Source: Tubiluchus corallicola (Eukaryota > Animalia > Priapulida). Taken from it: 64,000 nt of DNA. Numbering within the stretch: the first letter of the stretch is position 1; every line of letters starts with the position of its first letter. The stretch spans positions 655,029 to 719,028 of the forward strand of contig JAQGDQ010000071.1 in NCBI GenBank assembly GCA_030141605.1, read 5' to 3'. Below are positions 39,392-54,200 of this stretch, piece by piece. The notes beneath the pieces were generated by a model. It searched no databases, was not told where the DNA came from, and saw only the letters and a program-made list of their open reading frames with translations. The translations under genes and the position numbers were made by a program.

Positions 39392-42300
39392 TCTAAATCA
39401 TGGAATCGTACTTTATCTGATTGCTTTATCACAGTGTTGCCATTCTGGTTGATAAAGATTATTGTTTTGGAAGCTAAAAATTATAGTATTTTCCACCATA
39501 TTATCGCATCTTCATGCAAAATTCAAAATTTCTGTGTATTTGCAGCAAATTGTTATTATTATTGTATAATTATGCATTTAATAAGTAACCATAACACCAA
39601 AAAGTACTGTAGAAAACTGGCTATTTGTTTTACAGATTTTATTTTCCACTCATTGTAAAAAAGGTGAAACTGCAAGAGAAACAAGAAAAAAGAACATGAA
39701 ACAAAAGTAAATCCATAACAGACATGCAAAAAATAAATAAAGGAACAAGCATTAGCAAATTAACAAGCATACTGAAGCAGAATTTACTAATAAATAAACT
39801 TCCTGACATATCACAAATCAGCATGCACGCCTACACAAAAACACGCATATGCATATGCAGTTGCAAAAAAAAAACAATAATTAGGCATCACCGTAACACT
39901 ATTAGAAACTACCAAGCTGACAAATAAATTACTGCAAAGTTCTGCATAAAAATGAAGAAACATAAGAACTTACAAACGTTTGAGGATCTGTAGAAAAAAC
40001 TTTAAGCCAGTCTTCAGAAATTAACAGAGACATACTGATTCTACAACGGTGGCATACTGACTTCACAACTACTATACCACTAAAAACACAATTTTTTCCT
40101 ATTCTAAGGCTATCTAACCACTCATACAAGAGCGGCCAAGCATGTCAAACAAACTCTACAGGTAATGCAAAATGAATAATGACACTCTAGAATCAAAACA
40201 CCTGGCTTCACTGTACCCAAGCTGGCCTGAGAGATAACAAGTACCATTAGCAAGTGTAAAATTAAGTTTATCAAAACACAGTAGAATGTCGCTACCAGTC
40301 TCTTTTGAAATTACTGCTTTTTTCTGAAAACTTTGACCACTAATTGCGACCAGCATGGTTTGGATTACAACGAAGTCAAAATTTGTTTACTTTCCCCTGG
40401 TAAGCAGTAATGTTTTTTGTCTAAATTATCGTATAATTATCTGTTATCGTACAGTCTGTTTTTTTTGTATGGTATGAAGCATCAAATTATCGTATATTCG
40501 AATAATTATCATATAAAAAGCAACCCTGTTTATCATTTTCATGTCAGGTAAGTGCTAGAAAATAGAACGAAGGTAGAACTGTAGCAGTGCGTAGTTAATA
40601 TAAAAAAGAGTTCCTTTAAGGGAAAATAGAATGGTGTATAATGTTCTCTTATGATCAGTGATTATTTTATCATTGTTGTGTTTTTAATTAGAAATGCTCC
40701 TTTTAAGGGAAAATTAAAATAAGCTTTTAGCATGTAGTGAACTGAGTGGAATTCTGAAATAGTGTTGTTCCCTATAATAATTTTACAATTTTAGTCAAAG
40801 GATTATGTGCAGTTTTAATAGAAATATTATTTTATGTTCTATGCACTAAGTGGGATGGACGTTTTTGTTGTTGTTGATGTATACTATCTTTTCTCTATAT
40901 ACCAGCTAGACTACACCACTATTGTTATGCATTTGGGAAGTTTTACTTATGGACCAAAGTTGACCTTACCTTTTTTGCCCATTTCTGAAGTTAATTATTG
41001 TAGGTTTTATATTTTAGAATTTAAATGTGCCACATTGTTGCTTTATTAGGGTAGAGGATTGAGTGATATTTTATCAATTGTGCCAAATAAATTAACTTGT
41101 TCTCGGTTAAAGCGGCTTAGGACTATAATAATGGCGGTTATATGCGCCATGCAATTTCTATATTTGAATGAAAATACAGCATTATTGTGTAAATTGTGCC
41201 AAATAAGTTAATATGTTTCTGCTTAAAGTGGATTATCAAGTTACTGCTGTGTTATTTGATTACAGTAATTTTTGTGGCTTTATAAATCGACCAAGTCCAC
41301 ATTAAGATGAAATTATATTTTTTGTAAACAGGATGAAACAGGATAGGAAATAAGTTAACAGGTTTCTGCTTAAAGCAGATTACGAAGTTACAGATGCGCT
41401 AAGCTATACTTTTTGATTACAGTTATATTTATAGCTGTATAAATCGTGGATTGAATAATTAAAATGAAATTATTTTTGTTTGTTTAATGAGATTATTCTT
41501 GTTTATTTAAACTTTAACTATGTTTCTGTGTTACAATAAATGAACTCAAAGCAGAAAATGCAGTTCCTTATATGTTTAAATTCCTGGCAAGAATAAGGGG
41601 GCATTTTATAGTACAATTCTAATGTTGTATATGTTAGATATCATGAAGCAATATAAATTTATCAGAATAGCTCATTGCCACACTTAAGATTTCTGGAAGT
41701 CAGTGATCAAAAGTTATATTACTGCATATTTTATTTAATAAAAACTTTAATTTGGAAACAATATGCAGCCAATAATATGTTAGAATCTTGCTTGTTTCTT
41801 TTGTCACATCAAACTCGCATGTACACAATCTCTAAGAACACTTAAATTGTTGCATGAGGTCTGTCTCAACAGTAAGAACAGCTACGTGTGAGAGTTTTCT
41901 ATACAATAGCTTACAATAACTGTACGATAAAATGATTTACTATTACCAGTTGACAGAGTACCAAAATGTGTAGAAATGAAGAAGTGAACTCATAAGATAT
42001 CATACTAAGTGCAGGTGATGCTACTCATTGTATAATAAATAAAAATTGGAAAAAGTCAAAAAGTTGATAAATCTTGTTGCTGTCTCAGTTGATGTGACTT
42101 ATCAAATGCACTTTCACTGTTTCCTTCATGCACTTTACTTAATCACAGCCTCTTTTTGTTGTTAGCTGATGTTATTTTGCGTAATTTGTTGTGATTTTTG
42201 TTATAAAGTTATGCAATTTGTTTTGTTTTTTTACAGAAGAAGTGGTAGTTTGTTAACATTCTACTTTATTTAATCTCATTTTAGGTGTCAGTTTATGTGC

Positions 42301-42592
42301 GTAATACATATTTATGGTAAAGTTTTTTCGTGTTAGGCTGCTTTAAAAAAATTTCTTATTGACAAATAAGAGAAATGCTCACCTACTATGCAAGCAATTA
42401 TTTAAGTCTTGCTAAAATTAATAAATGATCATGGCAGCAATTTATCGTTAAAAAAATTAACATTGTTAATACTAAATTACTAGCAAAATGAGCTTAACCA
42501 AGCCTAGCCCTAGGTGTCTGATATGAGAGTCGTCGTAAATACGCTGTCAACGCGTTGCCAAACGATCGGTTTTCCTGTTGAAGATATCCCGT

Positions 42593-43350
42593 TGTGGGAT
42601 GTGTGAAAAAGTGGGATGCATCGTGAGGGATATTTTAAATTTGAGTGATATAAACAAAATTGGTAGGTTTGCAATACAGATAAGGCTGAACCTCTTACAG
42701 TCAGTTATGATACTAGTGATTTATAATACAGAAACATGGAGTGAAGTAACAAAAGTAGAAATGGGTAGGATGGAAGAAATTCAGAAGGATATGTTACAAA
42801 AACTAGTAATTTATCACAGAAGGTGTCAACTAGTTATAGGGGTATGCTAATAGAACAGTGTACATAAGTATATACTGTAGGTATACACTTTGGGCATATT
42901 AAGACTCTTAAAAAGTTAACCTGGAAGAAACATGTAAAAGAAAACGTAAAAAAATTATTAAAATTACTGCACATCACCAGATATACTCAAGAACTAAGTT
43001 AAGGTTTTTATCTTATGAGCTGAGCACGATAAACCCAAGCAGTATATAACTGAGTTAACACTAGAACAGACAAAAAGGGTTTTAGAGATAAAGCTTAATA
43101 TGCTACCACTAAAATGTAATTATAGAAGTAAGTTTAAAGGAGATATATGGTGTCCGCTATATGGTAAAGACAGGATCTATTTAGATTGTTATAAGAAATG
43201 TGCTACCAACTACAGAAGTAAATTTCCAAAGTCTGATTGAGTCAGAAGATGCACAAATAGCAAAGCAGTAGGTGGAATTTGTTCAAATAGCAATGGAAAC
43301 AAGAAAAAGAAGAGGTGTCGTGCTGGAAATTTAGCTACAATAATAATAGT
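42593..43350 (+). mobile_element. Degenerate LINE RT C-terminal fragment (also 56981-57740)
   Basis: LNLLQSVMIPVIYNTETW..EMGRMEEIQKDMLQKL, KLNMLPLKCNY..CPLC, short (TAA)n tail. Confidence 0.7.
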
Positions 43351-43605
43351 CATAAATGGTTGATTAGCATCAATGCTGATTACGTTACTTGTGTCTTGCG
43401 CGGTAACATTCCTTTGTGCCTATCTAACCAGATAGAGTTAACACCGAGGAAACAACGAAACAACATGTGCTTACTGGAGAACCGCAACTGCCGCGACATG
43501 ACATAGAGGAAGTTGAGGAACTGCAAGATGTAAAATGTACAACAGTCGTCGTATAGAAAAATATAATCTTAAAGTGAACAATACAAAGACCAAAGAATAC
43601 GTTAT

Positions 43606-44610
43606 ACCCACTGCTAATTTAAACATCAACAATTCTTCCTAAATATCTTTTAATGACACAGATAAAGTCAAGGAATACATTATTTAAAAATGTGTATAGT
43701 TACCAGTCTCATGAAGAAGTGAAACAGCTTTGTACAAAAATGGGCAAATTTTCCAGGATTTCAAACATGTGGTGTAGATGAAATTGATAAAATGCATCTG
43801 AATTGCATATTAAAAGAATTTTGTAATAAACTTAAATCAATGTACAGAAAACTATTTTTTACAAAGCTACATAATGATCCTAGACACAGTGATGGCAAAA
43901 ACAAACTAAGATTTTATAGATATGTAAAAATCAATAATGAATTAGAAGATTATTTCAAAATTATTTCTAATGAGAAACAGCGACAAATGATTACGAAATT
44001 ACATAACAGCGAATATGACCTGGAAATAGAACGATTTAGATATCAAAATAAAAAAGGGCATGAAAGGCTTTGTCAATACTGTCACAACAATAGCTCAAAA
44101 TTAGTAGAAAACAAATTATATTACCTTTTTACTTGTCTTTTGTATAAAGATATTAGACAAAAATATGAGCATAAATATATCTTTGCAAAAAGGTAACATA
44201 TACTCAGTAATGTGGTTTTTTTCTAATTGCAAACCCAGAAGACCTTATTCACTTTGGAAACTGCTTAAATGAATGTGATAAAAAAGGCAGTTATATCTTG
44301 GTGGTAATCTGTGAGTGCTGGATAAACCTTGTGCTGTGATTGTGTAATTTAATCTCGTTTGTGATTATATTAATTATTTAGGTTTTGTGTTTTTACTACT
44401 ACTTTGTAGTTGTAGCATAAAGTTTTATTTCGTAAGAGCACATAATTTCTTATTAGATTTAAGTAAGTTGTACAAACTCGTGGTTTTGCAATGTTGCATA
44501 ATTGCATCTGTATTTGTTGTTTTTCGTGTTTCTTGTACTTTGACTTTTTTGCAATTGTAATTTTTTGCCATGATACGCTATTGTATTTGTGCAATAGAAC
44601 AAAATTGAAA
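43606..44610 (+). mobile_element. LINE 3' fragment with degenerate CCHC region, inserted in the old RTE (also ~57994-58997)
   Basis: NKLRFYRYVK..EDYF..RQMITKL..DLEIERFRY..ERLCQYC..VEN..YLFTCLLYKDIR. Flanks rejoin the RTE sequence that is contiguous at ~26440. Confidence 0.78.
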
Positions 44611-45214
44611 TTGAAGATGCGGTAATGATTCGTGGAAAAGATGTAAATAACTTGGTAACTTGTAAGACACCGATGCCCACATACAAAGAAGGAAAATTCT
44701 TAAATTGTCTGCTTATTCACATATCTCAATGATTTTTGATAACAATAGACTTTCTCTTGAAACCAGAGTCCGGATTCTTTCAACTTTAGTTGAATCTGTG
44801 TTTTTGTACACTGCTGAGCTATGGACAATAAAAGTTAAGCAACAGAAGGACAGTTGATGCTTTTCGAAGACGTCTCTATAGGAAATTACTCGCAATTAAA
44901 TCGCCTGATAGAATATCCAATGATGATCTGTATAATGCAGTCAAGAAGATTCCTGGTAGTAGACAAATACAAGTAAGAAAATTGCTTTGGATTGGGCACA
45001 CACTAACAGTAAGATTACCTCCTCTTCCTATGGTATTGCATAAAGCTCTTGAAACGACAAAAAACCAAGAGGCTGTCAACTAGGCTGACGTATTTAGGTT
45101 TTTGGTACAGATTTATGATCTAACATGTACATTAGGCAATTTGATACAGACATCATACTATATTCAAAATTTGTAGCTGCATATTTGCCATTAGTTTCTA
45201 CTCAACAGACCAAG

Positions 45215-48200
45215 ATGACAAGTTTAAATAAGGGATGCACTTTGCCTTTATATGTGGTGGATGCTTTCACAAGCCAGGCATTTGCTGGAAATGCTGCTGC
45301 TGTATGTCTAGTGTCACACAATCAGGTAAATTAATGATGATCTGTCATTAACAAACTTTTCGTCTTAATTTGTTTTCAGCTATTTTTATTGCACTGTTCT
45401 TCACTGCAAATAACTTGTGGTCCTGTAGCACAAACTCAGTCAATGTATGTGTCTTAATCGCACTCTTATTTATGTAAAGATATGAGTTTTTAACTACTAA
45501 CTGATAATGTTTTTGTTATTTATTTATGTGATTAACTCAATGAATTAACTGTGTTACAATAAATAAATCATTATATTATAATATTTAAATCGCAGGCTTG
45601 CATAATAAAAATCACTGGTTTATTTTTAGAAATATTGAAACAAATTTAACAAGTTAGTTGAAAACAAAAGTGTCCATTTAGTCACAGCTGAAATCAATTT
45701 GTAATCAATTAAACTTATAACATCAGTCATAATAATGTCAGGATAATGGTGACTGTGCCTTTAAGTTATGTTTGTATTTGGATCTATTATAATAGTAGGT
45801 GTTTTTCATGAAGATTTAGTATAATTTTAAGTGACAATTACAATGAGTATCAATGCAGAAAATGCATTTTGTTGTTGTTGTTGTTGTTGTTTCCGTTTCT
45901 ACGGAGGCTTTGTAGTTTCTTTCTGCAATTCGAATAGATATTCTGAGTATTATTTGAACTGTACAAAACAGGAGATATGTTATATGTTCAAAATCTATTC
46001 CAAACAGTCCGAAGGCTGTGTTGTTTTTATTAGTTGAATTGTGGTGTAATCTGCATTTCTTGGGTTATATTATTAAATGGCTGTAGACATTGTGATGTAT
46101 ATAGTCATTCGGTTATTCTATTTTAGGTAATCGACGATGCAAAAATGCAAAAAATTGCTTTCGAAATGAACTTGTCGGAAACCTGTTTCATTGCACTGCC
46201 AACAGAAAACGATTCGTTCAAGAATTCTTCCCGGTTTGGCCTGCGATGGTTTACCCCTGCCTGTGAAATCCAACTGTGTGGTCATGCCACTCTTGCTGCT
46301 GCCACGGTGCTTTTCTCTTGTGTTGGTAAGTTTGCTAAGCAGGACAGAAATGTAAATCTAGAAGCTGAACCTGAGTCAGTGCTACTACATCAGCTGACAC
46401 TCACAGTAAATCAGCCAGCTGGAGTTCACCATTAAGAATGACAGATTTTGATTCTTATGTCCTGCAGCAACAATTTAGCGTTAGTTTGAATAGTTTTATT
46501 TGTGAACTGGCTTAAGTGATTCGACAGCACACCCCTTTATATGCCATATATCTCTCTATATCTCTCATATTTTATGTACTCACAATGTTAAAAAAAATCT
46601 CCTGGCTTATAATCTGGCAACTCTAGCAATGGATTTATTGCAAATATAATTTAAATCCAACCCTTGGCAAGGCTTATCTGGATTACCAACAAATCAATAC
46701 TAAAATACCAAAATGATCCAATACGTGTGGCTAATGTTGCCTATTTGTGCATTTTATTTAATTTTGAATTGACTGCTTTCTCATTCAAATATTTCTGAAG
46801 TTTAGTATCTCTGCCAGCACACGTACAATATGACCGCATTGCGACCAGTGATTTCATCATCATCATAAGCCCGTTATGTCAATTGTAGACATTGGGCAGG
46901 CAGAACTCTAAAATAAAAGAAATCTGCCCTCAAAACAGGTAAACACAGCAGTAATCTAGCAAAAAAACTGGACACTGCTATGCCAGTGACTTGTTCGCAA
47001 GAGCAAAAATCTTCACAGCTGGCAAAAATGTCAGCTACCTCGACTTCCGTCACCGAGCGGCTGGCACGACTAAAGCTGGGTTTCTTATCTGCTAGGTCGC
47101 CTGTAGAAATAAACCGACTGGAGCTGAGCTGAAGCGGTATGGCTCTGGCTTCTATGTCGATCCCTTAAGTATTTTTCACGTTGTCTTGAAAATCAGGGAG
47201 TTTTTATTTGCCAACCTAATACCAAACGAATTCACTGTGAATTTATTTGTGTGCTAATGCGTTTACTTCAAATAAGCTTCCATGCAGTTTTGCTTTTTTT
47301 CTTCTATTGTTTTTTTAGATTGTGTGCCTTTTTTGCATTTTAGGACTTAAAGCATTCCGCTGTTTTCAGTTCTCATCATATTTGGCATTTTCTTAGGAGA
47401 CTGTCAGCTTTCCCTTCTTTTCATCTGCACTTTAAAAAATTGGAAAAGGAAAATAGTGCCTGTTAACCATATTCTAAACCATATTCTATTCCAATAATGA
47501 AATTACAATTAGGCATTGCAATATTTGATTGTATTGCTAATCCACTAATGCTACGATTAGGCTCTAAATATTTGTGAAATTGATAATCATTATGATAGGG
47601 GGGTCTGAAATTAAAAGGCAGCTAGTGAATATATCTACAGCTATGTAAATTATTACAGGTAACGAATTTACAGAGATTACATTTGATACGCTAAGTGGAC
47701 CACTTGTTGCCAGAAAAAAAGAGGACAATTTTATTCTGCTAGATTTTCCTGCTAATCCAACTATTAGTGTTAACAAGGAAAATGTTAAAGATCTTTTAAA
47801 GGTACCTACTGTTTTGAATGACCTGTAAAACAAGTTTGCCTGGGTTTTTGTTGTAAGTAATTTTATCATTGAAGCTTTTAGCAGGTAGGTGGTTGACAGT
47901 TTGGAAGACATTCTGACGCCTTGGTATATTTATGTATTTTAGGAAATTTCCGGCGTTACTTGTTTTAACTGTGTGTGCTGGCCATGTTTTTCAAATGTAT
48001 CATATGGGCTGTTTTTTTTTGGCCAATAGCTAAATTGCATCTTTGCACAGACTTTTTTGAAGGCATATTACTTAGTATTATCTTACTTGTATTACTTAGT
48101 ATTACGCTTTCTTGCCTGCAATACTCATGTAAATAGAAAAGACACATTTTCTAGCTTTATGTAAGTAAAGGGCTTTCTTGCCTTTTATGACAATTTTTTG

Positions 48201-51200
48201 GTGTTTTAATTAATCCTATTCAGTTTTCGAATTTGCCTGAAGAGGGGAGACAGCATGAGAGGAACATGGAAACTATTCAAAGGTGGGATGGGGGTGGGGG
48301 GGTGGGGGGTTACAGTAATGGTGGCAGTGAAGCACTTGCTGTTACTTTAATGTTTCTTTTTACTGGCTGTTACACACACGTGCATGCACGCACGCGCACA
48401 CACACACCCACACACACGCACTGTTACATAATATAGTAAAATATATCATATCACTCTTTTCGGTGATTCTAGATTGCATAGCACTCCTACAATAGGACTA
48501 GTTGAAGTTTAGCAAACAACTATCACAATTACTAACCTGACATTCTGTGCATTAAATTTAGAAATCCACAGATTAAAGATACGAGACAATGCCGCTATGA
48601 TAAAACTAAGGGTGCATTCAGACTAGCGAGTTTTCTGTTGGGAGTTTTTCTCTAACACCAAACTTGCAAGTGTGAACTGCTTTGCGAGTTACTATCGACA
48701 AGTCATTGCACACTTTCAGACAGTTGCTACGAAATGATTTCCTGTTTAGTGTGAACAGTCTCAGCGAGTTACTCTTGACACGGCTCCCAGTGAATAGAGG
48801 AGGAGTATCAGCTGGTGCTTACTTCATGTTGGAGAATTTTGTTCTTTAGTCTGAACGTGCTTGCGAGTTACTTGGCGAGAAAATTTGTTAGTATGAATGC
48901 TTCATTACTCTCAAAAGCAGTGCGACAAAATATCAACATTCTTGCAACAGTCAAGTCATCTAAATTCTTCTTTGTAAAAAGTATTTTGGTCCGAACTTTA
49001 ATACACTGTAGAATCTTATGTGAATGTTTTTTATAATACAGGTACTTGTTGGAGATTTACCTATTGTTGATGTGGAGTATGCTCCTGTTATACAACAAAT
49101 GATTGTGTGTCTTCAAGATTCTGTGTCCAGGTGTGCATGTTGATAATTTTTTATTTGGTTTGTCGTGTGTCATTCGTTTTGCACTTTTCATTAGCTTTCA
49201 TGTTATTATACATACTATAAAATTGCTGCAAATTGTACAAATCTGCAATTAATCTCTATTTCTATGAAGTGTGTTTGTGTATGTTTGTTTATTTGTTTGC
49301 TATAAAGTCCTGTTTTACTTATTTAACTTCAAATTTGGTCTATTAAGTTGCTAATACATCACACTCCCCATTGAATTATGGGATATGTACAGTTATGTGT
49401 AGAAATCAATTAACAAAAGCTGAAGACAGTCTACTTTTTAACTTTTGGCAGGAGCTCTACTTACATGAAAAAGAATTTAAAATACACTATGTTTCAGTCC
49501 ATTGTTGGGTTCAAATTCTGATTGGATGAAAATTTTTCATTGTCTCATTCTTCATTCATTAGTCATTGATGTTATTATTGTTGTAAGTATAAGGCTTCAT
49601 GTGTGTGTGTGTTTTACCTTCAGGTAAAAGGAAAAAGTTATGTGAGTAGCAAGTACATGTTTGCTGCATGTCTGGTGCTCTTAGCATTGTGCTAAAATGT
49701 GTTATTTTTAGTCTACTTCTTTTGTAATCTTTGCTGTGCTGCTTGTGGTTGTATTGTACAGTGTCCAGAAAGGTAATCCCCCACTTTGCCAGTTATCTTT
49801 TTGCCAGTCTACTTTTTCACCAGTCTACTTTTTTGCTAGTCTACTTTTTTGCCAGTCTACTTTTTCGCTAGTCTATTTTTTGCCAGTTTTCTTTTTCGCC
49901 ATTCCACTTTTTCACCTCTCCACTTTTTCGCCAGTCTTCTTTTTTGCTAGTCTATTTTTTGCCAGTTTTATTTTTCGCCATTCCACTTTTTCGCCAGTCT
50001 TCTTTTTTGCCAGTTTTCTTTTTCGCCAGTCTTCTTTTTCGCCAGTCTTCTTTTTCGCCAGTCTATTTTTTGCCAGTCTACTTTTTCGCCAGTCTACTTT
50101 TTCGCCAGTTTTCTTTTTCGCCGGTCCACTTTTTTGCCAGTCTTCTTTTTTGCCAGTTTTCTTTTTCGCCAGTCTTCTTTTTCGCCAGTCTTCTTTTTCG
50201 CCAGTCTATTTTTTGCCAGTCTACTTTTTCGCCAGTCTACTTTTTCGCCAGTTTTCTTTTTCGCCGGTCCACTTTTTTGCCGGTCCACTTTTTCCCCGGT
50301 CCACTTTTTCCCCGGTCCACTTTTTCGCCAGTCTTCTTTTTGCCGGTTTTCTTTTTCGCCGATTTTCTTTTTCGCCAGTCTTCTTTTTCGCCAGTCTACT
50401 TTTTCGCCATTCTACTTTTTTGCCAGTTTTCTTTTTTGCCAGTCTTCTTTTTTGCCGGTCCACTTTTTTGCCAGTCCACTTCGTTAGGTTAATAATGATT
50501 AACAATGAAGACTTGACGCTTTAAATGCTTTGTGAACGGAAGATATAAATCCTACAGAGCGTGCCATATATCACTGGATTTGCACTGAAATGATGAATCT
50601 GATGCACTGTGCCAAAATCGCGAGTCCAATCGAAAATTTAACATTCAGAATCTGCTGTTATTTTCATTCTGAGATGTTTAGTTTCCGAGATATGCACCTT
50701 TTTGGAATAACTTAAAAATATACATAGCTAGTCCACCAAATTTAGTATGCTTGTAGTTAGGGTAGAGGGCCACCTCAGGTTGTGACCCTGTGACCCTCCT
50801 GAGTTATAACCCAAAAATCATCAAAAGAGGTCTATTTTTGAGAAATAGTTACTCCTGCAGGAAGCGCCATCTATTCAAACGAAAAAAAACATGAAAGTAC
50901 TATGCCTTGGCTATCAGTAACTTGCTTAGCTTTGTCGAACACTGAACCATTGCCCTTTTACAATGCCACAAACATGCCATTGTCTGTATAATGCTTAATA
51001 TACTTAACATATACGACAGTTGCAAAGATTAGTATCTTCAATACTAATGAATAAAAGTATCATCACCATGTTCGAATGCATATACATTGTACGTTCTTTG
51101 TCACTCAGGTTAATAGTGAGTGGGGGCAACCGGCAACCAGTTTTTTAAATGACTATCAATTCATTTAGTGAGCAGGTCCCATGTTGCTTAATTTTGCAGC

Positions 51201-54200
51201 TAATGACACACTGTGAGCAACAAGCTAATTCTGTCATTCATGATGAAGCAATAAAGATACATTTATTTTCAGGGAGATGTTGGAGGCAAGAGCACCGGAT
51301 AGTTTTGCTCTTCCTGCAGCTAACACGTCCCAGATGAAACTGCACGGTGTCCACTTGACGGTTAAAGCTCCGGCCGACTCCGGCTACGACTTTTATTCCC
51401 GCTGTTTTTTTCCCTGGGATGGACTGCTTGAAGATCCAGTTTGTGGTAAACAATGTGCATTGTTTATGTAAGAATGAATGGACATACTATTTAAATATAT
51501 GAATTAATTATAATTATCTTTGCTTTAAAGTAAAGCTAAACAAAAGAAATTATGTTTATTATTCAACCGTCAGTTGCTACCACACCAGCTGACTCACACA
51601 GTAAATTAGCTAGCTGAGTAAAAAGTTAAAAAGAGCTTCTGGGGAATGTTCTCGATGTGCTCCATTTTGCAGTGTCTATGTTTGCCAGTAAGTGGCGTAT
51701 CTACTGGTGTTCTTTTGTAACCGGGGCGAAAGACACAGGCAAGGTTTGGAGTGGAAAACAGATAGAGTATCGGCAGTGGGACTGATACAGGAAAGTTGTA
51801 GGGTGTGAAGAGAACCACCTAAACTGCAAGGGTGCCCAAATCAATACCAAAACACTAAAATGATCCCACACGTGTGTCTAACGTTGCATATTTGTGTGTT
51901 TAATTTTGAATTGACTGCTTTCTCATTAAAAAATTTTTCAAAGTTAGTATCTCTGCCAGCACACGCACACAGTATGACCACGAATCCATACTGCATTTGC
52001 CATATTTCACCCAGTGATTTCGTCATCATCACATGCCCGTTATGTCAGTTGTAGACATTGCGTAGGCAGAACTCTAAAATAAAAGAAATCTACCCTCAAG
52101 ACAGGTAAACACAGCAGTAATCCAGCAAAAACTAGACACTGCTATGGCAGTGGCTTGTTCGCAAGAGCTAAAATCTTCGCAGCTGGCAAAAATGTCGGCT
52201 GGCTCCACTTCCATCTCTGAGCAGCTGGCGCGACTAAAGCTGCGTTTCTTATCGGCTAGGTCGACTGTAGAAGTGAATTGCCTGGAGTTCAGCTGAAACG
52301 ACATGGCTCTGGCCTCTAGTTTTAAGATGAAGATTAGTTTTAGTTTTGTTCTGTTTTAGTCTTACATTTTCTGTCTTAAGTCTGACTGAAAATCACTATG
52401 TCACTGAAGGAGTTGCCAGTTTTATGGTTTTTCTGTTCTAGTGCAGAAGGACTAATGTGGTAATAGTTCCAGTGAATAAAGTATACATTGTAGGCCTGAT
52501 TTTCAAAAACATGAAATGTTTTTTTCAAAAACATGAAAAGCCTATCTTAATTCATTATGTTTGCATGTTTAAAGTTTGCAATGTTTGATGCCAGTAATCT
52601 TCAACTAATTTCTGACTATGTTAGGGTCGGCTCACACTGTATTTGGTTGTTACTGGCAAAAAGTGCTGGGAAAATCAACTTTTCAAGGTAGGATAATTTG
52701 GTGCTTTATGACGTTTATTGTAATTTAACTTATGATGCTTATTCGTTTATGATCTGATTTTGTGTGTTTTTCAGTATGTCAGTAGATCTCAATTTAAATT
52801 CTGTGCAAGATTATTACCATGCTGACAAAGAGCGATATAGGTTCGATTTACTTAATATTGTGCAGCACACTGTAATTCAATGTGTGTAAAGTCCTCGAAA
52901 GGTTAAAAAATGAAAATTTCCAGCCATTGTAAATAACTGTATCTTAATTGACACAATTTTTCACAAAAAATTACAGAATGCTAGAAAATATAATTGTTAT
53001 TTTGAACAATATATATTTTTAGTGGCCAGTCACAAAGTATAATTACTGCCCTGCAATACCATATCACATAGACTTGTGCAGCATATGTTACCGGAACAGT
53101 ATCTTGCTTAACCCTTTTACCGCCTCCATGATGTACTATTATGTCTATTTTTTGAACTGGCTTATGCCTATTTGACATACATATTTATCATTAATATCTA
53201 GCACTCCATTTAAACTCTGGCGAAGTGTATTATCGCTTAGTCTAGTACGTTTAGACAGCTAGCAGGGCCCAGCACAGCTCCAGGAATATGTGTGAACTGA
53301 GTTTGACCTTATTTCCTTGGCTACATAGCACATCTGCTATGTACATATATGTCTTCGACTGTGAGTTCTGCATCATTTGAAATTTGCTGTTTTTGCACAT
53401 TTGTATTATTATTAATAATAATCTTTTATTCGTATAAAAATTTTTATACAGCAATGTAGTTTTAGTATAAATAATTAATACAATGAAAAATAATTTTTGT
53501 TAGTAATTAAAAAACAAGAGATTTAGAGATTTTAAGACAATTTTCAGCAAAAAGTTTAAAGATTTGATAGTTTTGTAGGTTTTAATGCATATGCACACTC
53601 TCTTACTTATTTTCCAGACGATGGACCTATATATATATGTTCTAAACATTCTTGGTAGATATATAAAAATGATCTGTAAAGGGATTATTATTCTTGTACA
53701 CAATTCTACGTGATTTTAGGGCTTTTGGTTTTTGCATGTATTTTACTTTTGATAAATGTATACCAAAACAAATATGTTATTAATTGTGACTTGCACAAGT
53801 TGATTTTCGGGCTGAATTTAGGTGCTGAAGCTGTTTCACTTGCATGACATTATAATTTTGCTTTGGAGGTTCATTTATTGATCTAAATTCAGTTTCATGT
53901 GCAGTTTCATATCACCATATTGCCTCATTTGCAAATAAATATAAAACATAAACAAGTAAGTAAATATATAGGCCTAATAAATTTCCGTGAATGAATGTAA
54001 TGATTGATTGAATGAATGAATGAATGAATAGGTGGGTGCATCATTGATTTTTATTTCGCTTGTTGAAATCATCTCTTTGTTTCTTATGAACAATACCAAA
54101 GTAAAGTTGCAAAGTTGTTATTTTGTCATGTGCTTTGTGCGTTTTTGTAGCTCGTCAGTGCTCAAAAAGAGGAGGAGATGTCTACGTGAATGTACGAGAA

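Noticed and set aside
39609-40243. 635-bp block unique to unit 1, bounded by AAGTAC, possibly a LINE remnant
   Set aside because: No motif clear enough to classify, and insertion versus deletion cannot be polarised.
49736-50524. Phe-rich and Lys-rich ORFs
   Set aside because: Stop-free minisatellite translated in several frames.
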